Counted from the first letter of the stretch, positions 1 through 10,242 are shown. The stretch: DNA of 64,000 nucleotides from Andalucia godoyi And28 (GCA_009859145.1 VRVR01000061.1:103459-167458), one strand, 5' to 3'. Program-made: numbers and translations. The notes: generated by a model not told the origin, from the letters alone.

Positions 1-97
1 TGTACATTCTATTTGCGTGCATTTTTGTGTGCTTGTCGTTTTGGAGATCAGTCTTCAATTTTCCAACTCGCGATCGTTGCGGGTAACCAACCGGAAT

Positions 98-252
98 ATG
101 GAGAGCATTCGAAGGGTGATTCGGAAGAGGCCCGTGCTGTCTCTTGTCTTGATAGGAGTTGCCAGCTATGCTGTCGGTGTGCTGTCAGCCTCAAGTCGTC
201 GTAGTCCATCGCAAGCCGCCGGACGAAGAAGCCTAAAGGAGTCTGCAGACAA

Positions 253-303
<51 letters not shown>

Positions 304-865
304 CCACTCATCTAGCTCCAGTCCGTCTGGTTCCGAGGCTGCAACCGCTGCTGCGCTGGCCGCAGCTCCCGCGGTCTGCACTACGGCTGTTTCCGTCCCT
401 TTCCCAAAGTCTCTGGTGGTCGACGCTGTCGTGAATGCAGTGCTGTTTCCATCAACGAAGCTGGGCGATTTGTTTTCCTTGGGAGCCCGACAGCGCATTG
501 TGGTCCTGACGTGCTCTGTTCATGCTCCAGAGTTTGAAACTCTTCTGCATGCTCTGTTGCCACTTCCAGTGTCTTCACACGATTCCCAAGCTCCTCCTCC
601 TCCTTCTTCTTCTTCTTCCTCCTCCTCCTCCTCCTCATCTTCGTCTATTGCTGCTGCTGGTAGTGGTGGATCTGTCCCGGTCCTTGTGGTTGTCCCAGAC
701 TCGGCATATGCAGTCTATGCACGAGGTGCACTGCTGAAGGGCCACAAGATCATTGCCGACATCACTGGGCAAGTTCGAAACGCTCTTGGAGTCCCCAAAA
801 AGGCTACAGCTGCGGTGTTCACGGTTGCCGCAGACCACATCACGGACATCCGCATCCACTTTTGA
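98..865 (+). CDS. Uncharacterised membrane-anchored protein; C-terminal region possibly thioredoxin/redoxin-like fold
   Basis: ATG at 98 (MESIRR), hydrophobic segment LSLVLIGVASYAVGVL, two poly-Ser tracts, alternating strand/helix pattern in the C-terminal half; AT-rich 3' flank after TGA. Fold guess is weak. Confidence 0.5.
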
Positions 866-1115
866 ATTTCCCTCAAGTTCTCTAGTCTGTAGCGTCCGGG
901 ACATATTAAAAAATCAACAACAAGACAAAACAAAACAAAACAAAACCGCTCGTGAAAAGACGACAACAAGCAAACGAAATGAGAGTTCGGATTTGTTCGC
1001 TTAGCAACCCAAGGTGCGGAGCTGTTTAGGTGGAATGCCCCAAATTGCTCAGACGCTAATTTTGGGACGCTATTTAAAGCAGCAGCCTCCTTTGTTTTTT
1101 TGTTTTTTCCTTTCC

Positions 1116-1552
1116 CACGCGATGTCAGTGTACGTGACACCCTGCCACGCTACGCAAGACGTATGACATTTCCGCCACAACTCCTTTGATGCTGGGCGCG
1201 CGTCTATTCCACAGCCGGGTGTCGTGCGGGAGGAGAGCCAAGTCCCACTCGACAAGAGGCGTGTGATTGCGGATACATCAGCAGATCTGCAACCTGACGA
1301 CGGACATGCATCGCAAGCTTGCAGCAATCCATGCGAAGCTCGGAGGAAACACGGTGTTTGCATGTTCACAGCGTGCATACCGGAATGATCGCGATTGGAA
1401 TGGTGCGTGCAACAACATTTATCTCAAGAAAGCCGGCAAGGCGTGTTGCGGCCTATCCCCCTCTTCCAGTCCATGGCGACATGGCCCGGGTTGCAGCATT
1501 TGATTACGCATGACTAGCAATGGTCATGCGTACTCAGTGGACAATGTTGGCG
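1116..1552 (+). mobile_element. Multiply deleted Fanzor/TnpB-like element remnant (divergent copy)
   Basis: Fragments ...VPLDKRRVIA (position expected just before RuvC-I LDPG), LRIHQQICNLTTDMHRKLA (helix after RuvC-I) and IHAKLGGNTVFACSQ..DRDWNGACN(N)IYLK (Zn-ribbon tail plus RuvC-III DRDxNxxxNI); 3' end resembles the 16.5 kb and 47.2 kb copies. Left boundary uncertain. Confidence 0.7.
1440..1552 (+). ncRNA. Putative omegaRNA scaffold (3' part) of Fanzor-like remnant
   Basis: Stem TGATTACGCATGACTA (1501-1516) / TGGTCATGCGTACTCA (1521-1536) closing a GCAA (GNRA) loop, then CAGTGGACAATGTTGGCG, matching the right-end motif of the other two copies. Confidence 0.5.
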
Positions 1553-1855
1553 AACCGCAACTCAAAAAAAGAGAACGCCGAACTCGGAAGAGATGCCTGT
1601 GCTGCATTCCGACCGTAGATGGCGCTGTAGCCTCAACCGCCCACGCAAGCAGTTTCCCGCTGTGGTCGTTAGTCGTTACAGTACGCATTCCCAATGCGTC
1701 GATTTCCCCGTTTTTCTTTTAAAAAATAATAATAATAAAATAAATTATAAAAACGTTTCAGCACTGAGCCGTGTTTTTCACTCCCCGTGAATATTTAAAA
1801 CATAGCCATTCCTTCCACCGAAAAAAAATAATAGCAATATCCATAGAGACACAGC

Positions 1856-3952
1856 ATGACTCGTGTTTCTCCGACTCCGTCTTCGCGGCGGCCACTGACG
1901 AGTCCCAATGCAGCAAACACGCCAAGCAAGAAACCAGTGTCGCAACCGGTGTCGAAACCTGTTGCAGCATCTCGTCCAATCGCTCTTGATTCGAATATTA
2001 ATATTGATTCGAAGACGGATCCGAGCACCAACATTGATTTTGGCGCCAATGCAACGTCTCCGGTGCTGTATCGCTTTACCATTGATCTTCAGTCCATCAC
2101 ACTTACACATTCGCACCTAGCAGTTCCACAACCTAATTTATTCGTGTATTACCAGTATCCTGCATTCGGCACACATTCTCCGTTGCGATCGACGCCAGTT
2201 GTGGTTCCACGGTCTTCAACCTCGCCCACTGCGCTTCCAAATGCCTTTTGCGCTTACGAATTCTCTACCGCCCCGCACATGCTTTATCGGGTCCTTGCGA
2301 GGACCCCACTGATCGTGCGTGTCTTCCACAGAGACGAGCTTGCGCAGGATACGCTGATTGGATATGCGGCTGTCCCACTCGTGCAAGTCCTCGAAGTCTC
2401 GCAGCATTCGTGCATTTGCGAAGCAGTCGTCTGCTCGTTCGAAGAGAAGAAAACGGCTTCCGCTCATGAGACGGAAGACGAAGAGAGAGTTGCGAAAGTC
2501 GGCGTCTTGTCTGTCGCATTGCATCTTGAAACGCTTTCCAAAAGTCTCGGCGGTCCTATTCCCAATTCTACCGTTTCCGCTGCATCGCAACTGCCAGCGC
2601 CACCACCACCGCATCCTCCTTCTTCACCGTCGTCGTCGCCAGAGTCTGCTGCATCTGCGGTTGTGGGTTCAACAAAGTCAAAGATCGATGCACATGCCAG
2701 CTCCCGTGAGCGACAACCTGTTTCCGAATCCGAGTCAAAACCGCTGGCAGCAAGCGAAAGCTGGCCGGGAGAAAAACGGGCACACGAGAAGAAGACAGAA
2801 TTGATTGGTGGAGACGCGTCGGAGGAAGCACTATCGGCAGTGCGATCTACTGCGGAATACAGCGCGGCGTACGACTTGGAAGTATGGAGAGTTGAGCAAA
2901 AATCGTTGTTCCTCACGCGACTCCACGCCCTTGAAAAATCCCACTTGGCAGAGCTCAGTGCAAAGTTTGCCACATTTGAAACGTCGCGACTTGCCGAGCT
3001 GGATGCTTTGGAAAAAGATTTGAAATCTCGTGCGTCGCTGCTTGAAAAGCGAGAGGCAAAGCTGGTTGCAGCAGAGGCAGAAACCAAGAGGAAGAGAGCC
3101 GAGGTGGACGGATTGGTGGCGAAAATGACTACGGAATGCGCAGAGCGCATTCGAAGAATGAAGGAGGAGACAGAGCATCGGATGGCGCTTGAGCGCATGC
3201 GCAGCTCTGAGGCACAGAAGGAGAAGAAGGAAGCGGTGGCAAAGGCCGAAGCGCTTGCTGCAAAACTCGATGCGCTCATGGACGAGCACACCAAACTTCG
3301 GAAAGATGTATACGCTCCCGCGAATGGATCCATCGAAGCAAGGCTTGCAGAGCAGACCAAGAAGGCCGATCGGTACGAGGCGAAGTACAAAAAATACAAG
3401 GAGTTGTACGTGGAACTCAAAGCTTCGTTTGGGGTATCTGCCCTGGTTTCTTCGTCGGTTGGGCCGTCTGCCGGCTTCTCTGCAGCAGCGCAGGGTCCGA
3501 ATGTCGGCGCGCCGCCGACAGCGATGAGCGATGCGGAGGGAGAAAGGGGAATTGACGGTCTTGAAAAGAGAATTTTAATGGCTTCGGAGAGAGAGCTCGA
3601 GGAGGAGCAAGGTACCCTTGCAACACTGAAGCAGATGGCTGCTGTCATTCTCCAAAACCAATCTCTGCAGCCTCGCCCGCAGCAACCACAGCCACAACCA
3701 CAACCACAACCACAACCACAACCACAACCACAACCACAACCACAACCGCAACCGCAACCGCAAGTGCAGCCACAGGTGCAAGCAAGCCAGCAGACAGAGC
3801 GGTTCGAGAATGCAGTCAGCAAGAAATCGACGAGCAGCGAAGTCGAACGCCTGCAAAAAGAGCGAGAACGACTTCTTGCAACTGGCGTATATACGCTTGA
3901 CGACTATGTCATTCGAAGACTTTCTTTGCAAATCCAATCTGCAAGTGCCTAG
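1856..3952 (+). CDS. CEP120: Centrosomal protein CEP120-like (C2 domain plus long coiled coil)
   Basis: C2 domain (NLFVYYQYPAFGT..PLIVRVFHRD..DTLIGYAAVPL), AEYSAAYDLEVWR coiled-coil start, C-terminal ERERLLATGVYTLDDYVIRRL matching the CEP120 tail. Confidence 0.8.
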   Translation: MTRVSPTPSSRRPLTSPNAANTPSKKPVSQPVSKPVAASRPIALDSNINIDSKTDPSTNIDFGANATSPVLYRFTIDLQSITLTHSHLAVPQPNLFVYYQYPAFGTHSPLRSTPVVVPRSSTSPTALPNAFCAYEFSTAPHMLYRVLARTPLIVRVFHRDELAQDTLIGYAAVPLVQVLEVSQHSCICEAVVCSFEEKKTASAHETEDEERVAKVGVLSVALHLETLSKSLGGPIPNSTVSAASQLPAPPPPHPPSSPSSSPESAASAVVGSTKSKIDAHASSRERQPVSESESKPLAASESWPGEKRAHEKKTELIGGDASEEALSAVRSTAEYSAAYDLEVWRVEQKSLFLTRLHALEKSHLAELSAKFATFETSRLAELDALEKDLKSRASLLEKREAKLVAAEAETKRKRAEVDGLVAKMTTECAERIRRMKEETEHRMALERMRSSEAQKEKKEAVAKAEALAAKLDALMDEHTKLRKDVYAPANGSIEARLAEQTKKADRYEAKYKKYKELYVELKASFGVSALVSSSVGPSAGFSAAAQGPNVGAPPTAMSDAEGERGIDGLEKRILMASERELEEEQGTLATLKQMAAVILQNQSLQPRPQQPQPQPQPQPQPQPQPQPQPQPQPQPQVQPQVQASQQTERFENAVSKKSTSSEVERLQKERERLLATGVYTLDDYVIRRLSLQIQSASA
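3680..3763 (+). repeat. (CAACCA/CAACCG)n hexamer repeat encoding poly-(QP)
   Basis: Directly visible tandem hexamers inside the CEP120 ORF. Confidence 0.9.
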
Positions 3953-4254
3953 TCCTGCGGCCGCCTGCTCTCCAACAGGTAAACGCATGGCCTAATAATA
4001 AAATTTAAAAATAATAATAATAATAAAAGACTGAGCGTGAAACGGCTGTAGTCTCCAGCGGAAAAGCCTTTCATGCTTGCGTGAATGTATGTAATGCAGA
4101 GAGTTAGGACGACAGATGAGAAAGAATTCTTTTCTTATGTAAAGTGAAAAACGGGAAAAAAACCAAGGAAAAAACAGTTTGTTTCTCTGTTTGAAAGGTT
4201 TTCTTCTCGGGGTGCGTGTTGAATAGTGGATTGTGAATTGTGAGAGGCGCAGAG

Positions 4255-5157
4255 ATGTCCTATAGTGCCTTGGACGGCAGCAGTACGAGTAAGCAGGGTG
4301 GTCGAGGCCGAGGCGGCCAGCCCGCGAATGGGTCAAAGTACTCGGCTGGAGGGTGGGGGGAGTCCACTGCGACGACGGGTCACTATGAAAGTTCGTACCA
4401 GGCGTCGTCGGGGGCATCGGGATCGTCATCGGCGGCAGCTTCGGCGGTTGGGCATAATCCTGCTTCGGACTTTGTGTCGCAGCAGGTGCAAAAGATCCTT
4501 GCGCTGTCGAAAAAGATTGAAAATGAAAAGACTCCGGAGGGCATCCACAGCTACGTGAGCCAAATATCGGCGTGTGCGAATGCATCGCGATCAAAGATCG
4601 AGGCGTCAAAGGGGCTTCATCAGGTGTCGCAGCGTGTGCAACTTGAGCTGGAGGCAGCTTTGGCAAAGTCTACGGCTGCAGCAGGTCGTGCGTCCGATCG
4701 CATTAAGCGAGAGTCTGTAATGCTTCGGAACCAGATCTCCCAGCAGCAACACCAGCTTGATGTCGAATCGGGACAGGGTCGCACACAGAGCAGCTATGCG
4801 GGGCAGAGCCAAGCACAAGCTCAAGAAAGAGTAATGCTTGCAGACGAGCTGTCGACTAACGAAAAGCTCATCGAGGAGCGCGATAGGGAACTCGCAGACA
4901 TTGAAGCGGCGATCTACGACGTGAACTCCATCGTCAAGGATCTTGCTGAAAAGGTGCACGCACAGGGTGATCAGATGGATCTCATTGAGCACCAAGTGGC
5001 GAAAACAGCAGGAATCACAACCAAGGCTGCAAAGGAACTGGACGCTGCATCGGAATACCAAAAATCGGCAAGAAAGAAAATGTGCTGCTTGCTTGTCATC
5101 TTTGTCGTCATTGGAGCGGCGATTGCAATCGTCGTTTTTGGAGTCATGAAGAAGTAA
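4255..5157 (+). CDS. Qa-SNARE syntaxin, endosomal/vacuolar type (syntaxin-7/12, Pep12, SYP2-like)
   Basis: SNARE motif LIEERDRELADIEAAIYDVNSIVKDLAEKVHAQGDQMDLIEHQV..ASEYQKSARKKMC followed by a C-terminal TM helix; ATG at 4255. Confidence 0.85.
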   Translation: MSYSALDGSSTSKQGGRGRGGQPANGSKYSAGGWGESTATTGHYESSYQASSGASGSSSAAASAVGHNPASDFVSQQVQKILALSKKIENEKTPEGIHSYVSQISACANASRSKIEASKGLHQVSQRVQLELEAALAKSTAAAGRASDRIKRESVMLRNQISQQQHQLDVESGQGRTQSSYAGQSQAQAQERVMLADELSTNEKLIEERDRELADIEAAIYDVNSIVKDLAEKVHAQGDQMDLIEHQVAKTAGITTKAAKELDAASEYQKSARKKMCCLLVIFVVIGAAIAIVVFGVMKK

Positions 5158-5328
5158 ACAATTCACGAAAATGCTGTTTTTTTTTGTTTCGGGATACTCT
5201 CTCTTCTCAGTCTTCTCGGATACTGTACCAGTACTTCCCTTGGACAAAATGAATACAGTAAGATTGCATAAATAACAAAAAGCAATAACAAACCAGCAAT
5301 ATAAAAACAGCAAGAAGGCACACACATT

Positions 5329-7038
5329 CTAATTCGAAGCGTTTCGTTTGGCCCCGCATTCGCTGCAAAACTTGGCAAAAGCAGTCGGAAACGGAAAATT
5401 GCATTCGTGACAAGCACTTTCCGGAGTTCGAGACGAGTTGAGAGACGAACGGTGAGATGCATAGTCATAGAACTTGAGACTCTCCACATCGCGTACGGGA
5501 GACTGGTCACTCCGTGGAAGACAAGGAAGATCATCGATCTCTGACAGGTCTTGCATTTTCGGTTTGGGGCTTGCTGCTGCCGGTATCTTCCTGGGAGACC
5601 TCGATTCCTTTGCGGCAGCTTTCTTCATTGACTCTCCGGCAACGGAGGACGCATTCATATTCTGCGATTCCGAAATGGAATGTGCAGAGCCGCTTTCTGA
5701 AGGTGGTGCAGGAGAAGATGCAGTTGCCGGGGACGCTTTTGGCTGGAAAGAAGAGGCACGCTTCGCCGGCTTTTCCTGTGTACACAAACGATGATGGACT
5801 TCGATTCTGTCTCGCGCAAAAGTGCGTCCACACCATTGGCACGGAACCAGGAAATCATTCTCCGGAGGCGTCGGGGCTCTTCCAGCTTCTGCACTGCGGG
5901 ACCCGCACTCACCAGAGGATCTCAGCGAATCGCCAGAGATTGGCGACGCGGCTGCGTGAATCGCCGCAATATCATCTTCATCGCCAAACAGCTGAAATGT
6001 GTCTGGTGACGGCGGTTCTTTTCCGGGATGTCGCTTTCTCCACACTTCTTCACAGCCATTCTTCCAATGAATGGGAATGCTGCTTCTTCCGTACATCTTT
6101 CCACACGAAGGGCACAACACCGTAATTGGACCCTTCGCTTTTGCTCGTCGCATTTCCCTCTCTTCTTCGTACGCGTCCATCCGCGACGTGTTTTTCGAAC
6201 ACGTCGCAACGTGCGCAACGCACGTCTCCATCTCGAATCGCCGCTTGCAATGCGGACACGCAACGCGTGTAACTTGTTCATAGGTCTGGCGAGCAAGATC
6301 CGTATATGCTTCAAGCTGCGCCCTCGAAAGCTGCTCACTGAACACCGTTTCGATCCTAGCTCCATCGGTTTCCTCCAGCGACGCACACAGTTCTGGATCG
6401 AGCTGCTGCAGCACCACATCCACTCTTGGAACTTTTGGCTTCAGTTGCATTGGAATCGCACAGATCCGCTTTTCGTGCTTGTCCTTGCATATGTACAAGT
6501 GCCGTCCAAGCGAATGAACGCCAAAGCCTCGGCAACAGTAGTGGCATGTAAGCAACACCGGCCCGCCACTCACGGGGCTCCTTCCCCCTCCCCCACCACC
6601 GGTACTAGCGCTGCTACCATCACTACGGCTGGCGCTTGTGCTTGTGCTTGTGCTTGCAGCATTGAGGGAACCGACAGGCCGGTGTGAAACAGACATGGAG
6701 ACCTTCTTCGTACCGTTGCACGAGTCCAAATGACGCACCAACGCATCCACGTTAAACGACCGCCCGCAGCCCGTACAGCGGTTAAGGGCCGCGTGCGCAA
6801 AAATCTCGAATGCTTGGTCATTGTACTCCTGCATTTCAGCCTTGTTCTTCACGGACAAAGGAAGCGAAAGCGGCATTTCTGGAGGAGACTGGCGCATCAG
6901 TGCAGGCAATCGAGACTGTTCCAAAACGTACTTTTCCGCACATTTTGGAAGATGCAGCGGCAACGAGGCCGTTCCAAATGACTTTCCACACAAATGACAT
7001 ATCGGAGTTAATGGCGGTGCACCCGGCCCACTGCTCAT
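5329..7038 (-). CDS. C2HC-type zinc-finger protein (ZNF474/ZC2HC1-like) with C-terminal zinc ribbon
   Basis: Repeated CxxCGxxF...HxxxC fingers (CHLCGKSFGTASLPLHLPKC, CTGCGRSFNVDALVRHLDSC, CQWCGRTFARDRIEVHHRLC) and terminal CHECNFPF..KFCSECG; likely start MSSGPG at 7038. Confidence 0.75.
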   Translation of the reverse strand: MSSGPGAPPLTPICHLCGKSFGTASLPLHLPKCAEKYVLEQSRLPALMRQSPPEMPLSLPLSVKNKAEMQEYNDQAFEIFAHAALNRCTGCGRSFNVDALVRHLDSCNGTKKVSMSVSHRPVGSLNAASTSTSTSASRSDGSSASTGGGGGGRSPVSGGPVLLTCHYCCRGFGVHSLGRHLYICKDKHEKRICAIPMQLKPKVPRVDVVLQQLDPELCASLEETDGARIETVFSEQLSRAQLEAYTDLARQTYEQVTRVACPHCKRRFEMETCVAHVATCSKNTSRMDAYEEEREMRRAKAKGPITVLCPSCGKMYGRSSIPIHWKNGCEEVWRKRHPGKEPPSPDTFQLFGDEDDIAAIHAAASPISGDSLRSSGECGSRSAEAGRAPTPPENDFLVPCQWCGRTFARDRIEVHHRLCTQEKPAKRASSFQPKASPATASSPAPPSESGSAHSISESQNMNASSVAGESMKKAAAKESRSPRKIPAAASPKPKMQDLSEIDDLPCLPRSDQSPVRDVESLKFYDYASHRSSLNSSRTPESACHECNFPFPTAFAKFCSECGAKRNASN

Positions 7039-7270
7039 TCGACCGCAACAAAACAGAAAGATACAAAAAAAGCAATATATATATGTAATAATAATAATAA
7101 CAGGAATAAAGTGAAATGAAAAAGAGTGAAGGAACAATCATTAAAAGCCATTAGGAAGGTCGATCGACGATTGGGTGGAAGGACGTTCCAGGGTTACAGC
7201 AGATTGCTGCGTGACAGCAGCTGGGGGGCTGGCGGCAGACGATAGATATAGCTGTACTCAACGTTGCGAA

Positions 7271-8751
7271 TCACGCAGGATCGGACTGCGGGATTGCCTG
7301 TGGCGGGGGCACGATCGGTGCGGCAATGGTTCTTCGCCTGGACAGAAGCCAGAACGAAACACCGAGAAGCGCAACACCTGTCCATATCCAGTGGCGTGAG
7401 CAGTTGTTTCGGAGCCAGTTGCGCGTGCATGACACCCAGCCATTATCCGCGGAAGAGGATGTAAGAGCTTTGGTGCCAACTGCATGAGAGTTGTGACAGA
7501 GAAGTTCTTGCGCTTGCGCTTCGTCCGCGAGCAAAACAACGCCTTCGGGGTGGACGACTGGCGCTGCTCCCACATCTTGTGCACCAACTGTGATCTCCGC
7601 AAGTCCTGAAGACTGTAGAGAACCAGAGGAGGTGCTCGTAAATGACTCGGACCGTCTATCGCGGTTCCGCTCAATCCACTCTCGAACGTATCCGCGCGTC
7701 TGTCCAGCATCCGAGCCAACCTGAATGAGTTCTTCGAGCTCTGCAAGAAGCGGCAGGAAGAGGTCCGTGGATTGCTTCAGAAACGAACGAAGACCTCGTC
7801 TTGGAAACAATTTCAACTCCTCCATGTACTCGAGAAATACTGACAACTTGTTACGCTCTTCCGAGGAAAAGACGCTGGTCATAGCTGCCATAGCCTGGAC
7901 CGTCCTCCTCAGCTGGTCCGACAGCGAGTACGTCATCCAGTACCACGAAATAAGCGACGCATCCACGAACACAGCTTCTGACGATGCTTCTGAGTGAGCG
8001 ATGAGGCGTCTGAATATTCCAGCACCTCTGCAACTCGATCCACATACTCGGGCAGTGTCGTACAGAATCCATCACGGGACGCGCCGTCAATGGCCTCATT
8101 ATACTCTTGGCTTGCATACTTTGCAACATGTGGCTTGTACATATCCTCGCTGCAAACAGACCGAAACCACTCTTCGTTTCCAAGCAATGCAGAAACAGAT
8201 CCCCCAAGCTCCGTGGTCGTACTGCTACCCCCACTGCTGCTGCTGATTGCTAGGACGCGACTGGCCACGAATTGCGAAAGCGTATCCACCGAGCCGTTCC
8301 ACTCTGCCGCGGCACCCACAAGCTCGTGAAATCGCAGCGGAAGCACTGCAAAAAGCATTGGCTTTGGAAAGACCCGCACCATGTGGTCCCAAAAATCATT
8401 ATACGCGCCAAGTGTTTCAGCGATCCGACTCAGCTCCGCGTGGACAAGTGCTAGAAATGCGCGGCTCGCATCCTCGAGCTTTGTAGCCCACTCATCCCGG
8501 ATTTCAGGATCCAGAGAATCTGTCTCGTCAAGCAAGTCTAGCATCGCCGCCACAGACGACTGAAACATCATTAGAAATGAAACGCTGTCATTCACAAACC
8601 CACGTGCAGACTTCCGAGCCGCATCGTTCGGACCATCCAGGTTCGACGTATGATACGTTATCCGCTGTGCCGCATCTCGTAATCCATGCAATCCACCATC
8701 CATTCTCCGAGCTCTCCCCACTTCTCTGGTCCTCTTGCCTTCATCCTGCAT
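7271..8751 (-). CDS. Uncharacterised helical protein, probably one gene with a 59-nt intron (7885-7943)
   Basis: Two overlapping ORFs (7933-8751, 7271-7972) join in frame (..MRRLFR-A-MTSVFSS..) if GTACTG..GGCAG at 7943-7885 is spliced; a frameshift is the alternative. Confidence 0.45.
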
Positions 8752-8886
8752 CCTATGTGTGACTTTTAACGTCCGTTGCCCTTTATTTTACAATTCCGTC
8801 CTTTTTTTTTGACAACTGACATGCAGCAAAATAATAAAAAAACACGCGCCATCTGTTCGACAAATGACAACATCAAAACCCCCCGA

Positions 8887-9096
8887 TTATGGATTCACCG
8901 GATTGCCATTTGCGGCTAATTTCCGATTGGGGTCCAAGTGAATTCGGAGCGTGGAGACATAGGCCGTTAAGATCTCGTTTTCCTTTCGAATGTCCGAGTG
9001 CAAGTGTGACAGGCTTGACAGTCTTCCTTGGGTCTGTTGCAACGTCGCAGTTAGTCGCTGCAACGACGTTTCAAGACCGGTTACCACCCTTTCCAT
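8887..9096 (-). CDS. Small (69 aa) coiled-coil protein
   Basis: ATG flanked by AT-rich spacers, continuous heptad pattern; loose resemblance to small DASH/Dam1 or BLOC-1/BORC subunits. Confidence 0.45.
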   Translation of the reverse strand: MERVVTGLETSLQRLTATLQQTQGRLSSLSHLHSDIRKENEILTAYVSTLRIHLDPNRKLAANGNPVNP

Positions 9097-9365
9097 CCCT
9101 CTGTTCTCTCCTCTCCCCCCCCCAAATCAACAGAAAACCAGAAGAAAAAAATAACAACAACAACAGCAAAAAAATAATAAAAATAATTGAAAATAAAAAA
9201 TTAAAAAAAAGCAACAACAAAAATCGACAGTGTCACTGCGGAGTGTGAGGACAGCAGACGGAGTTCATTTTTTCCCTTCATATTTTCTTTCCGTTTGTCC
9301 TTCCTCTGCTGCTTGTCAAGCTTGTTCATTCGTTCTTTTATTATTATTATTTAATAATATAAATT

Positions 9366-10230
9366 ATGGAAGGGGAGGAAGAGCCGAGAATTAGCTGGAG
9401 GAAAGCCATGGAGCGGCCAACGGATGCAGTGTTCCTCGCGGGGGGGGGGGGGGGGGAGTCGCCGTTTTGAAGTTACAAATCGAGTACGCCGGCATGTGAA
9501 TGACAGCCTGAAAAAAAAAATCTCTTTTACTGCTTTTTGCCAGGCGAGCCAAGTTCGGAGTGCGGTTCGGTAAAGTCTGGACCCTGTGCAGAGTGACATT
9601 CGGGATGTTCCGGACACGAAGCCTGAAGCTGCGGATCGTGCAATGTACCTCGAGCTGGATCGGTTTGAGCGTCGCACAAAGGCATCTGCGAGAATCGTTC
9701 TGATTTCTGATGACATTGACTTTGCTGGAAAACTTGGCGATCTGGTGCACCAGGTCGGATACGAGGTCGTCATCATCGTGAATGGACATGCTTGGCAGGG
9801 GCTTCGAGAAGCGGAGACTCTATATTTTGACTGGAAACAAAGTTGCATCGCCGCTGTCATCAAGCATTGCGGATGTTGGTGCAGCAGGAGTGGAGAGTGG
9901 ACCCGTCCAGCGATGCTCGGTTGCTTCACTGCGAAGCGCGCAATCATATGTTGAAATGCCCTAAATGCTCGAGCAGATTTTGAATCGGAGATCGACCTCC
10001 AGATACACATGGTTGAGAACGCGCACTTTTACACTTGCGCAGTATGCGGGAATCCCTTTTGACAGCGAGATTGCCCCTTTCCAGCCACGCTGCTTGCAAC
10101 ACTTCTCCGTGAACTCGTGAGCTCAAATTGGTCATCTTCCAGGTTCCATGCCCACGGAACGATACGGCTTTGCCTGTTTTTATTTGTAAACAACGCAACA
10201 CAACCCGAAAAAAATTGGATTCTGAAGATC
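9366..10230 (+). pseudogene. Degenerate NYN-domain (limkain-b1/MARF1-like) ribonuclease with C2H2 zinc fingers
   Basis: NYN motifs DVPDTKPEAADRAM and RIVLISDDIDFAGKLGDLVHQVGYEVVII; finger fragments KCPKCSSRF/ESEIDLQIHM..H and YTCAVCGNPF; broken by TAA (~9571), a G17 run and several +1 homopolymer frameshifts. Confidence 0.6.
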
Positions 10231-10242
10231 GCATGTTTCAGG

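Noticed and set aside
1030-1070. Hairpin CCCAAATT..AATTTTGGG with an Sm-site-like AATTTTGG
   Set aside because: Single short stem; no U snRNA or snoRNA box context.
2464-3822. Long antisense ORFs (also 28670-29626, 30161-31084, 35937-36896, 37996-39171, 20265-21242)
   Set aside because: Shadow frames of well-supported genes on the opposite strand in GC-rich DNA; no motifs.
9560-9590. In-frame TAA in the NYN gene as evidence of a reassigned genetic code
   Set aside because: Conserved genes here end normally at TAA (syntaxin, VPS52, MRE11), TAG (METAP2, SRP54) and TGA (formin), and long ORFs have no internal stops.
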